64,000 bases of DNA. It comes from Asterias rubens (lineage: Eukaryota). Both the position numbers and the translations under genes were made by a program. The notes under the pieces were generated by a model that was given only the letters and a program-made list of their open reading frames with translations, did no database searches and was not told the origin of the DNA. Of the stretch, positions 11,801 to 25,009 are shown in pieces (the first letter of the stretch is position 1; the number at the start of each line of letters is the position of its first letter). The stretch covers positions 20,584,001 through 20,648,000 of the forward strand of contig NC_047067.1 of NCBI RefSeq assembly GCF_902459465.1, written 5' to 3'.

Positions 11801-14800
11801 AAAACACTTTAATGAGAGTACATGTATTTCAAATTGGTGGAAGGCCTTTACAACGAAATCTAATAGGTCTAATGTTTGCAACATCTTTTGCTGTACTAAT
11901 AAATAAACCTAAGACAAGATGCAATATGGGTAATATACTTGCCGAAACGTTTGAATAAAAGAGTGAAGCAACGTTTGTGGAACAGTTGTAATATTTCGCA
12001 GACGCGCACCCTCAAAAAGTTACAAATATTGAAAAATAATAACGTGTTGTATGCACTCCTTGTGAGGTGGAAGTGTCATAGGGTCAAACAAGAGGTCATG
12101 ACCTCCTATCGGCAGACAAAATAGGCACTAATCAACAATCCTTGTTCGGACGCCATTTTGATTTACAGCTGACCGGGTGTTAGAGGACGCATTACACTCA
12201 AAACGTGTCAGCAAGGAAACATCTTAAGAATGCAACTCAATCAACACATCAAACAGATGAATAGTTTACGATGTCAAAATCATATCTTACTTTTCAAATT
12301 CGTTGGTTGCAATCGGTTAATAAACCCGCTTTTCTTCTTTGTAATGGCCCCACCCCCCCCCCCCAAAAAAAGGGGGGTATACAATAATAATAATAATAAT
12401 AATAAGACTTGTAATGCGCACATATCCACCCTGCTGGGTGTTCAAGGCGCAGACACACAGCAATGTGCAACTTTGAGTATACGTGGATTGTTAAATCTCA
12501 ACAGAACACTGATTTTGAACGCCACCACAGTTTCTTTAGAACCACAGCAGTTCACAATTTATTGATACTGAGACATTATAGATTCAGTATGGTTTTCCCA
12601 TGTAAGTTTCAATTTCTAGAAAATGTAGGCCAAGTTCCACATAAAAGGACGGGGCATTGTCACGTATGGGAAAACATGTCTCAAAAATTAGCGCAAGATG
12701 ACAACTATGATTTGCCGGATGATGTGCCTATAGCATGGACTCCAATTTGACTTTGTAAATGACAAAATATGTACAAATGCCTGCCGACCCTCTCTCGAAG
12801 AAATCGGCAACTGATGTCGCTTCTTCGTTTTTTGATCTTCTTCATCGGTAAAACCAAACAACAGTCTCGCGCAACAAGAAAACACATAGCGAAGTTTAAT
12901 TCTATAAAATGTTCATAAGAACTAATAGTTCTGGCTCTTGAAGATAAATTACTGGATGATTTATCTGTCGCGACTCTACTGGACAGGCGCGGCAGATGAA
13001 CGTGATTTTCAGCCGATGACACACATCTCAAGCGCAACAATTTTGCGGGAATTATAAACAAGTACTTCGGTGAAGTCTGACTTTTTCCTTCTTCAAGAAT
13101 GTTATGGATATGGTTGACACTTGGATGTAATACTATAGTTGGGAAAAGGAAAGGGTTGTAAAGCTAGATTTGATTGATCTATGGTTCAACACAATTTGAG
13201 TATGCTGTGGATTTGTATAAATAAACATGAACGCAATATGAGAAGTGTCGGTGTAAAACATTCGTCACAAAATGAGACAAAATAGGTTAGGTAATTTTTT
13301 ATATACAAAATAAGAGACGGTTTTTATGACCATTTTTCAGCACGCAAGACCAGGTCTATTTAACTCACGTGGTATGGAGGTCGTGTCCTATGCCTAACAA
13401 TGTACTGAAAGGGTAGACTGACTCTGCACTTCAAGCCTCGGTTTGGACACATTGTTTTGAATGGATTGATCGAAATAAAAAATAAATCATGTTCTTTTAA
13501 AATGGTCTTTCCGTACCGGTAATTCATGAACTTTCATTAATTTAATAATGACGTGAAAACGAAACAAGTACTGTTTTAAACTAAAGACTATATCTCTCCC
13601 ATGACGTTATAAAAGTTGAATTCAAAATCAAGAAAATTTGAATTAAAATGCACCCATAAAAACCCAACGGAGAATGTGTGAAATTCCCTTATAACTATGG
13701 GATCTCACAAAAACTGCATGTGACAGTTAGCCTCTGACAATCAACATAGTGAGATAATCGGACAGAGTCCTGGCACCCAAGTCCCAAAACAAAAACTCCA
13801 ATATTGGGTCAGATGAGATGACAGTCCTTGACATTCCCAATCAATTCTTGGCACCCCTCCTTCTCCTGAGTCGAACTTTACAAGAAAGAAATGTTCGTGT
13901 TTTCAAAACTGAGAAGAAATATTTTAGAATCAATTTCAACAATATTTATCGAAGTATTTCCGGCGGATTTTAAACAACATCTTTGCGGAGGCATTGTGAC
14001 TCCTAGCCTTTTGGCTGATTTCCTTTTGGCCCCTGTGAATTCCTACTTTCAGTTGGAAACAAAAACAGTCGGTTGTATAAGGGTATCGCTTACAAACCGT
14101 TACAAATACGGTAATGGTAATCTTTAAACTGTTATGCGATCGCGAATATTGGGATGTCACAATAATTAACAAGTTTGAACCTTTTCAGATTTGTTTGAAC
14201 TCGAGGTGTTTCGAGATCAAACACAAATCCCTTTTTTGATAGTATTGCCGACGGATTGAAAGGGGGCCGGGGGGTAATTGATGATAATACGAACTACATT
14301 ATAATAAATGAGCTTTCAGATTGAAACCAATAATCAATCCTGTACTTATTCTTCAAGATAAATCAAGTGATTTTATCCAATCTCCCAGAAGTTGATTCCT
14401 CCTGAGGTTTAGGCAGAGTCACTGTGGTGGAACTGGTTGGAAAGTTCAAGGTCTGATCGGGGCCCGTCATTTTTGGCTAATACCCAAGGCCCGGCTGCAT
14501 GGATGAGATAATGACAATTCACACTATGTGAATCATAAAAAATAAGAACTCCAACCTGCACTGACAAGTTGCTTTAATCTGATAAACCAACGTTGCCTAT
14601 TCATAAACCAGCTTAAATAAAGACATTTGAACACGTACATCATTAGGTTTTTGAGGAATATTTGTATCTTGAGTTTTAAATAAACACCTCATGCAACCAA
14701 CTCTAAAGAGCAGTCTTCAGATTTAGCTTCACGCCTTAGAATTGGTCTAGCCAATACAATGTTGCTTATAATATAATGTTAAACCTAACCTCTCCCATGT

Positions 14801-17800
14801 TCTAAAGACAAGTCGTATAAATGTAATTGGAGATTTGAAAGCCTAAATCAATTTCATGCCTCGGCAATCCAATGTAAATTTGTTATAAATATCCAGGGAT
14901 TTTATGCATCGGAAGCAGACAAAACTAACAGCATCTTTTGTAAAACTAATTTTGAAGATTTACTCACAAGATATTTACAGCTCGCAATAACGATTTTGCA
15001 GTTAAAGGGATCAATGTTAAAGAATATTTCTCCTCATAGTTTCAGTTGCTGTTTGCAGGGGCAACAGTAAAACTGACAACGGTTTATTAAACATTACGTT
15101 GGACTTGAATTTCATCTTTAAAGGACTCGTGAACGAGGCTACAAAGTCTCAGTAAGACTCATTGATCCATAAAAGATACTCGAGAGATTTATGTCATGTG
15201 TCAAGCGGCAATCAAGCTTTTCAGCGGGGACCAATTTAGTTTTTTAGCGGCAGCCCGGAAGGGAAATATAACAAGACTGAATATTTTGATCAAGATTTAA
15301 AGGATGGGAACAGCTTATGAAATTAGTTTACATTTCTAATTAAAACAATTACTTGTATGACTTTAAAAGAAAATTATTTCAAAATGCTGTGTTGTTTATT
15401 TAAAAGTCGGAAGGGGCTGGGGATATTCCTGATCAGGTTTTTTATGGCATTGAAAATGACTGAAACGTTTTAGCATTCAAATCAGTATTTGAATGAATAG
15501 GCAATGTGTAATTTGACATTGTTATAAGCGAGTCCACCTTACGAAGAGAGCCCCTCATTCAAGGACCTTGCTTTATGTTCAAACCAACCTTTTTGTAAGC
15601 CGCTTTCCTGCCACCATAATTTGTTTTATTTCCAAACTCCAAAGATGTTTTCACAAATCGAGTGATCAATAGAATGGCAAATTTTTGTATAACCATTTCA
15701 CCAAATTCACCACAGCAGCAGTTTGATAACTGAACTGTGAAGACGATGCGTGCATTGAGGCACCGGTAGCGTGTCAACTTAATTGCACATTGGAAGGAGT
15801 AGAACACTTGCCTACACATCCTCCCCCATACATCATACCCCCTCCTTAAACTTTAAGATGTCCACTAGTACTTATACATGCCGTCATGTCAAATGTAGAA
15901 CATACAACATATTGAACATAATATGGATACTTGCTAAATCATTCGACACAAGATGAGAAAGGTTTGCTCATCGAAAATTAAAGAGACCATTGTTTATTGG
16001 AAGTTTGTCAATTAAGTTGAAGACGTTGTTAAGCCCCTTGTTGCATATCCCAATGATATGGACTACATATTAATTGAGGAAATGTCATGTTGTTATTAAT
16101 TATTCTGACATCTTCGAAATGTCGCTACCCATAATAAAGTGATTCGTCACGTTATGTAAACTTAGTTTCAAAAACAGTATTCCCTATACACGATTTACTG
16201 TATTATAGAAGTTGCTTTCTAGTGATCGCTTCTTTCAGACCTTATATCATCACTTGTCATGATTTCACAAAGAGTTAAGATCGATCTTAACTGTGTTAAG
16301 ATTGATCTTAACTGTGTATCAATCATAATTGCTAAGCAAAGTGTGATGTCACAATACCACTATGATGATATTTATGAATATTACTGCTGTGTGAAACATG
16401 GTGAAACCATGGGGGCTGAAACCAAGCCCTTGTCTTCCTCCATGGTCTTATCTATGTCCTTACTCTATGGTCTTCTAGACCTACTTTATGACAGCCTGTT
16501 GTGGTTATGTGGTTTGGTGCTCTAAGAAAGCATGACTATAAGTGGACTCGTTGGTTCATGACCGGTAAGGTCACAAACTAAAGTAGGGCTGATATTGAAT
16601 CTTGTTCAGAACAATTTGTTCTTGTTGTAAATAAGCTGGGACCAGAGAGAGAAACTAGAGCCGTATCCGAATTGCCGGCTACAGCTACGGCTACGGCTAT
16701 GGCTACGGCTAGATTCTCGCGTCATTGTGCGTTGAGGTATAGGAAGTCCTTAGCAACACCCTTAGCAACAGCCGTAGCAGTAGCGGTAGCCTAAGCATAG
16801 GTACCATTATAAACTTCTTGAAATTAATAATCTAAAACCTATCCTCTAAAATATGTTTCACTTCGTCATCTCCCTGTGGTGCCTACGCTCTGAGTGATAC
16901 ATTGTTTCCTCTCTCACATTCGACACAAGGAGCAAACAATGTCTAGAGATGAGGTTTGAACTGATCCACAGATTGCCTCATGGTCTACAAACAAGACACG
17001 TGTGTTTCCAATGAATAGTTAGCCTTCAGAGTATCATCTCTCTAAATGACGTAGTGTATGTAACCTTTAAAAGGAACACATGCATCGTTCATCGATGGAT
17101 ATCTCTTGCAGGTGACTCCCCATGGCAGTTGAAAAACAAATAATGTTACTATTTTAGAGACAGACATGTGAATGCCGTCTCGTTATGAAGGACCCACCAT
17201 ATTGAACTTGAGTCTCGAATACCCAAAGTTAGGCTATCTGTGATTTTTTACAGATTATCTGCCCACATGATCTTTTACAGATAACTAGCGGTGATTAACG
17301 AAATGAACAGACTGTTTTCGGTTCTCATGGTTTTATTTTCACCACTTTAAAAAAGCCTGGTCAGTAAACACATGGTAAATCAAGTGGTTTACGCTAACGG
17401 CTGCAGCTACTGAAGCCGAATCAGTAGCCAGAGTCATATTTTATCCCAACTTCACACTCCTTGTTTCCACGTGCGTTGCATAATGGTGCTTTTGGTGGCG
17501 CATTGTATTTTGTATTCCTAAGTTATCTTTGTGTCCGTGATTAATAATTGAACCATTATTGGATTCATAACAAGCTTGTTTCACAATTGAGTTTATGAAC
17601 TCGCCAACATGTTTCAAAAGGTTTCATAAACTTGACTTCCTCCTTTCAATATCATCCTGTTCTGTTAAACACCTGTTGTTTCTCTCCTGAACCCCTCGGG
17701 TAGATTGAGTTTATAGGACCCCAGTAATTCATAGAAATAGCAGATTCAGATGCTCTGTATGTGGAACTTATGACAGAACAAGTCAAACAGATACACTACC

Positions 17801-20800
17801 AATCAAATGCACAAGGCATCGTGGAGAGGACTATGTCAACGTGTGTCGACTACCACTTGTATCCTTGCCAACTCCTCAAAGAGTTCATACTATTGGCAAC
17901 TCGTACCCTTTTAGAACTCGTACTCTCGTTGAACACGATTGACGTAACCACGGCTATGGCTACAGTTGACTGCAAATGGAGGACAGGGACTGACATTGTA
18001 TTATGATCTCCTCATACAGCCAGAGCCATAGCTGCTGTGGGACGCAGCTTAACTTCAATCTCCAATGTCAATGACCAGCTTCGATATCCCAACACTTATT
18101 TTTGAAAGTAACTTTTTCAAGAAGTGAGATTTTCATTTCTTGATTGGATGAGGATATTAACCTCGTTCCCAATGTGTCTATACGGAGGTAATAGTCTGCA
18201 GGGAAGGAAGCTCTACATTTATCACTTTGCTATTGTATGGCCACAAGGGAGGTAGGGTTCCAGACAGATGTAATACTCATGGGTTACTTCATGTTGAAAT
18301 GATTATCTGCTGGGTTGGATCAGACTAAGAAACGAGTCTGCAGCTGCGACTAAGTTCGAATTGTGCCCGATTACGATTCGTCAATAAAAACAATTGGGTT
18401 GTACAAAAGTATGAATTTTAATTGTGATAACTAGTACTTCGTTGTTTCTTTCTTTCAATAAAGAACCTACAGATAATGGCACCAAAATATAGATTTGTAT
18501 GTTCCCTCATTTATTTGGTCCCCGAAATATAAAACAACTGAAAGCAGCCGTACAAGCTTTTCTGAACTCTTTGCAAAGTACCTCGCCTACAATACACTGT
18601 CACAAGTGTACACATACAAAACTCTACTCCAAAATAAGTCACAAGATAACCAGAACACATGATTGATAGAAGACGGGGTACATGACGACACAATGCTTCA
18701 TGACTATTGCTTGCTCACACTGCGAGATAATGTACTTTTCATTCGTTTCTCTGTGGAGTCTTAGGCCGTGTCCGAAACGGCGACTTCGGCTACAGCTACG
18801 GCTAGATCGCGCGCGTCTGCCTATTCTTTAACACTGGTAGACGCGCTGATCTAGACGTAGCTGTAGCCGAAGTCGTCGTTTCGGACACGGCCTTACCCTG
18901 GGAAACACTCTGTAAGTCAGGTCGGCCTACTTTGTGATGAGCCCAGGGGATGAAACAATAACCCCTTCGATTAAACCATTGGCCCCTTTTTCACATGGCT
19001 GTTTAAGCATGCTTAGCATAGAAAAATATTGCACATAACCAAAATAGTTGTCCCTGATAATGACATGTTCTGGACAATTGACTAAGCAACAGCTGTTGCC
19101 GAGCAACTGCATGGACTGCATGACCCATCAGTACTGTTTCATGTGCCAGAAGTGTTTTCATCATTCTTGTGAAGAAAGTTAAAGCAAACACTATGTGAAG
19201 CTTGTTGCATTTTGTTTTGCAATACACGCATCCCTGCTTCAAAGGTGTGAACATGTATTTTGGAACCCTGCGTTTTGTTTTCTAGCCCAATTGTAGTATA
19301 TTATTTGAATGCTTTAACACAAACAAATAAAAGTTTGTATGAGCCTCAAAGGTACCAGACTATTCTTCATCAAACCTTGATTTGGTTGTATTGGCTCTTT
19401 TTGAAACCACGGCTTCGGCTTTGGATTTTGCTTCAGGCTCCGTACTCTCGTCTGAAGCCCTCAGTGTGTATTACGCACAGCACGCACGGCTGTCAAAACA
19501 ACCGCTAGCCTGAAGCCGAATCCAAAGCCGTCGTTTCAAAAAGGGACATCGGTACGAATTGAAAAACAGAAAAACCAAGATGTCAGCACCATATTTTACC
19601 TTTTTTGAGTAGATTGACTCTGTGTGCCGTATTATGCACGCTGCAATTCCATCTCTCATTCCGAAACCTGTCTTGACATTCGAAGATGCTAAGATCCAGG
19701 GCTTGCCTTAAGACGGTAGGCATCCCAGAGTCCCTGCTACACATCTTCTTTTGTCGCTTGGTAAGATAAGGGCTTTTGCAGTCAGGTGGTAGGTTACCAA
19801 CGAGAAGCCTTCTGGGCGTCGTAAGTCTGTTTTGGAATGAGACAAAAATATCTAAATTTATTTAAATTATTTAATAGACAATTTCACTCTAGAGCAATTA
19901 TTAAAATTTTGTTTAGTACATTGGGAGGGGGGAGGGGAGTCATTGAATTTGCTTGCTAGACCACGATAGTGTAAAGCGTGAGAATCATTTAAACTCGAAG
20001 TAATGTGGTTATATTATAGAAACAATTACCCAGTCAGTTTCCCTTCTGGTTTATATGGATACAGAAACAATGTCATCAAAACAAAATCAATCTGAGAAAC
20101 GTTACTGTCAGATTCGTTTATCAGATTGTGTTTTCCAATTAAGGATTATTCTTCCTGAGTGGACATAACATACCCTTCCCATGAAATATGTAAATTGCAC
20201 ATAGCGCGTGCGCACTAACGTTTTGGTTGGCAAAACGAGGGAAAATCGCACTGTTTTGTACACGATTTAGCGTCTGCTTAGTGCACAACTCTATGGCGTA
20301 TTGTATCAAAGTTTATAGAAATTTAAAGTACTTTGACACCAAGAATCTGAGGAATGTACTCGACATAATGGCGTTTGGACCAGACCGCTTATTATTCAAA
20401 GCACGTCATTGCTGTTATAAAACAAGTTTCATACTCGTACGTTGAAAGTGTTACCAGTTTTTGCCCATGCCTAGTTGTGTCACATTTATTTTCAAACTCA
20501 ATTGGATACCATCGAATCACTTGTTCTTTAATCAGACACGCCAAATACTCCAAAAGTCGGGCTAACTTGAGTTAAACCTTCCAAATATCCTGTGTGGTTT
20601 TTAGTGCTTCGTTTAAACTCATGTGAACTGTCTTCGCGGTACAAATGTTTGTTCTTCATCGTTTACAAAGCCCGGCTTGAAGTACTTGCAGCGGGCCGCC
20701 GTGTCTCACCTCACCGTAAGCTGAGTCATTTTCTCTGGCGTAAAACGTCCCGACTGTCAGGCATCTTTACCAATCCCCGGAAGTGATACATGGTGGAGTC

Positions 20801-23014
20801 GCTTGGCCGGGCTACCCCGCAGAACTGGCTTCCACGGCTCAGCAATGAATGTATATCCGGGTGATTGTGGCTCGTACAGAAGAAACCCTCGTGGAGTTCA
20901 TCAAACAAGTAAGTTTATGACGACTGTACCCTACTAAGTTTCTCTCTTTCGTAATTGGTTGCAGGATTTTTTTTTTTCAATTATTGTTGCCGAGCCATGA
21001 CTCGCTCATGTAACTTAAAGGTACTCCTAATATGTTCATAACTTTACAAACTGATGCCTTGAAAAATGAGTTGTGTAAAATGTAATAGTGGCACGCCATG
21101 TCAACCTTAATAATCATGTATGAGACGTGACTTGACAATGACTGTAGTTTTGAAACATAGTACAGCAACCTCAATTGGAAATGTGCCATGGCGACCTTGA
21201 AAACGCCGAAATTACAAAGTATGCTGGTACCTTCTAAAACATCTACTATCACCGCTGCCAAACCGTAGCACTACACAGGGTAACCAACATAACATAGCTG
21301 TGCAATTATTAGGTGTCGTATACTCATTGACCTGATTAATGTCACATTCAAAAAGTGAACTTGAACTAGGTTAGGCTGCCCCCCCCCCTACACCACAAGC
21401 GGTTTGTAATGCAAAGAATACGAAGTCCGGAAGTGACCTAGTGAGGTCATGACAAATGCAGTCAGTCATGATTCCATATGATGAATGGCAAGAATTGTAT
21501 GGTGGTAGCATTAAATTCATTTTACCCTGTCTTCTATACTTCTAAATGTTAAGTAATGTGTTTCAGTCACCTGTGTCTGCTTATGGTGAGACACTGGTTT
21601 TTGTCATTTCGACTCCTAGTCGAATGTAGAACTAAGATTGCACCTAAAGTGTCTTCAGTGAGTGTCTTTCTTGGGGAACAAAGTACAACATGGTCGTTGA
21701 ACTTAACTTTCTAGAGCTCTTAAAGTCTTTGCAGATCACCAAATCATCTCACGAACAATTAGAACATTTACGTTTGTTTTAAAAGAGCCATATAACGACA
21801 ATTACTTGAAGTATGTTGAGGAAGTCGGTGGAAATTGTTCGGAAAAACTTTAAACAACAACAAATTGGACATATCAGAAATCATAAAATAATAAATAAAA
21901 AAAATTCCATTATAAATTAGTAACATAAGTCACGTCTTTGTCAATTGAAGAAATGATTTCGTGTTATACCAGTAGTACCCTGGTAACATCTCTAATAAAT
22001 TAGAGCTAAAACTGTGTCTTGAAACATCCATTTTCACTCAACCAACATAATCTCACCTTTATTTTCAAAACAGTTCCCCCACCCTGACACAATGTGCACC
22101 CCGTCAACTCAGGCTTGGCTCCGCCTATGGGAATTTTCTCTTTTAAAGTTATTCACGTAATGGTTATCATAGAGTTTCAAATTCTACTTAAAATCCGCTT
22201 AGGCCCTGTATCCAGCGACTGTGTAATAATAAAAGTTTAATTCTACCAACCAAACTCTGAAATCATGACATATCAACATCTAAGATGGATCACTTTCACT
22301 GATGGAAACTTCCAGGAAACTTCGAATCATTCGTTCGTCTTGGGCATAATAATTCTTGAATACTGTCGTAATTCCCAGGTGGGTTTATTCTAATTATATG
22401 ATCCTCCCCTCCTCCTACAAATCGCTTTCTAACCTTGTGACTTTAGTGCTATCCTTATCTGTGTCCTGCAATAACATAGGTTCCTATTGCACGCTAAGTT
22501 CACATCGCTTGGTTAACACACACAGAGACTACAGTGTCAAAACCACTAGTGAGTTAACCATTATATACTGTCAATATGCAAGTAGGTCTACATCAAGATA
22601 AAAACCAACATCGACCAAATGAGACGTCTTCGTTTTCAGTTTTTAAATATTTTCGTGACGTCAATTAATGTTCACAACCACAGCAAAGCAATCACTTAAT
22701 ATTGTGAAACATTTTCCAAACAGACACAATAACTAATTGATTTGTGAATAAAAAAAATAAAAAAATACTCTCGTTTTTTAAATAAATATAACAAGTTCAC
22801 TTCTCAAGTACATGATGCATGCAAAATCCCATGCACAGAAAAGTGGTTAAGCTATAGACATCAATATTTAAACCATGACTGTGGTAAGATATTAAAAGCG
22901 GTTAAAAAAAACTTACCCAAAGTATCCGTAGCCGACCGGCAAGAAACTCATGAAGATTAGTCCGGGTACCAGACAGTAATACAAAGCAACTAACGCTAAG
23001 GGGTACCAGTTCAT
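8816..23014 (-). CDS. WNT9: Wnt9 ligand, 4 coding exons, 373 aa
   Basis: Exons 23014-22917 (signal peptide [11 protein letters not shown]...GYGYFG), 19826-19600 (LTTP...[13 protein letters not shown]), 10257-9974 ([13 protein letters not shown]...[13 protein letters not shown]) and 9328-8816 ([10 protein letters not shown]...CCEVICKEC). All introns are GT-AG with compatible phases, total 1122 nt. YFGLT and [10 protein letters not shown] are Wnt9-type signatures. Confidence 0.93.
16657..16795. mobile_element. Degenerate palindromic MITE of the GGCTACAGCTACG family
   Basis: Shares CCGTATCCGAA...GGCTACAGCTACGGCT with the 18764 and 38343 copies; right arm is GCCGTAGCAGTAGCGGTAGCC. Confidence 0.5.
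18764..18892. mobile_element. Palindromic PIF/Harbinger-like MITE (about 129 bp), Wnt9 intron 2
   Basis: Long TIRs GGCCGTGTCCGAAAC...GTTTCGGACACGGCC, flanked by TTA on both sides. Near-exact reverse complement of 38343-38470. Confidence 0.8.
19393..19547. mobile_element. Palindromic MITE, second subfamily, Wnt9 intron 2
   Basis: TTTGAAACCACGGCTTCGGCTTTGGATT ... AATCCAAAGCCGTCGTTTCAAA inverted ends; homologous to 27790-27946. Confidence 0.7.
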
Positions 23015-23046
23015 GGTGGGAACGCGGTTACCGTCCAGCACCTCAT
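23011..23046 (-). other. 11-codon uORF ([11 protein letters not shown]) whose TGA overlaps the Wnt9 ATG
   Basis: ATG at 23046, open to TGA 23013-23011 within CCACC-ATGA. Confidence 0.6.
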
Positions 23047-24975
23047 GATAAGTGTGGTTTTATAACTCGTCCCTCTTGGTCCACTTTTACTATCAAAGAT
23101 TCCTTTCGCAATGGTGTAGAGAGCGATGATTTTTATACCGTCAGCTTCATCATATCAGACATAACAAGCGTGTGGAGGCGACACTACTGGCTGGCGTACG
23201 GGCTAGACTGCAAGAGACACAACGACGAATCCCACTATTATTTACTCGAAGCACGTGTGTTTCCAGCTCAACATGTCCTAGGCTTGTACACAATGTAAAG
23301 CATAAACCTTTATGACAAGCAATTCCAGTCGGCAGAAGTTTAGTCACCACAGTTGCCCTGTTTCTTGCCTTGTATGAGTGTCCATAGTGTCACTGTATCT
23401 TCTTGCTGCTGTGTATCATAAATAACCAGTCACGTCTTGAGACGTCGTGTACTACCATCTTGTGTGATTAGGATCTGCTCAAGCTATGATTGGTTCACAG
23501 TTTCTAGTAAGATGGGCGTGGCTATTTGTTTACCTTTTTCAGATTCGTTTGAGTATAGCGGTGTTACACATGAAGCTAACGTCTAACTGTCTTAGATTCA
23601 GTTTGGTTAAGTTCAGGATACCTTCTTCTTCTACCAGTTTCCAGTTGTTTTCACATTTTGTGTTAAAATGACAGGACTTTTGGGATGCCAGATTTTGCCA
23701 CGGATGGATTTGTTTATCATTTTTGTTTTGTTATACCACGTTATTTTATTGTAATGTTGAGTTGTACAATAAGTCATTCAAGAACATACAAAGTAAAATA
23801 ATTATCACTCATTTTTTTATATAAATATCTTAAGATACTTCTACACCAACGATGTCAAGTTTGTTCGCTAAAGAAAACAAACGAAGAATAAAGAAATACA
23901 TGCTAAAAGAACAAGGCCTTTCAAACTGTCTTTAGGTCTTGGGGGAAAGGTCTGCTTATTTTTTTCTTAGTAATGAATTGAGTCAATGGAGAGGTATCAT
24001 TATGCCCCCCCCCCTGATAGCAGAAAACCACACCCACTCTGTAGGCGCCTTATATGTCATGAAGATAGTATAGATGTATCCGCTTAGAAAACCAATCAAA
24101 CCTAACCATAACCCCCCTATAAACAGCAAGGGGTGAGTTTGGTTCTGATTTTACTACTAAACCATGAAGGTGTTATATCTCAACCTAGCTCTGCTAATAC
24201 AGCTTGCATTAACTTTATACTCTTTATGGTTTGAGGAAACAACTGTTTTTATTTATCACTTGGTGGTTCTTTTAAGAAATGCCGTCGCTCTGATGTTACT
24301 TTTTGCATTTACGATCTCGGCCATTTTATCGCATTTTTGCTTCATGATGAAGTGAATTTTGTCCATAAAATGACGTGTTTAAATAGCTTCCTGTCATTTC
24401 TTAAAATATTTCGCAAGGATACGTTTTAATGTCCGCTTTACTTTCACACGAAAGCAGAAGTTTCCTAACTAAACTAAATAACTTGACTTTTGCAATAACT
24501 GAATAAGTTGAGCTAACCATTATTACGCTATGCGTTTCGGCACCTTTGATGTCAGTGACGTCACTTAAGCATTGACAGTTTCTCGTATTTCTCAGCTTGC
24601 AGTTAAATGAAAACGCAAGGAGTTGAAAAAATAAAACAATGGATACTCCTTCAATTTTGACCAAATCCAAAACCAGCCTTCGTTCCATTCGAGTAATCTT
24701 GGACAGAATGTTTGTTGTTTGGTCACCAGACGGAAGTATAAAATGTGCCCGCCAAATGAAACTGAAGAACTAACTGTAGTCCACGGTGTGGAATTAATCC
24801 GTGTTGGGCGCAAAAATGTAGGTCAACGAGTTGCAAAGCGGGCAGGGTTTTTTAATACACAACCTTTTGTAAATATGTTTTTATATTGGCTGTTTTGTTT
24901 GTCTGAACAGTGAACAACAATTTAAAATGAATATCAAAATACATGGCATATAAAACTGCTTGATTTTGCTTTATT

Positions 24976-25009
24976 CTGAAGACCATAAGAGCATAATGAT
25001 CGAAACGTC
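24976..25009 (+). ncRNA. Decayed hammerhead-like motif
   Basis: CTGAAGA-CCATAAGAGCATAATGATC-GAAACGTC; a stem II-damaged relative of the 48311 copy. Confidence 0.4.

Noticed and set aside
12688-13061. 118-aa ORF in Wnt9 intron 2 as a Wnt exon or nested gene
   Set aside because: No Wnt motifs, TTG start, and the true exon 2 is at 19600-19826.
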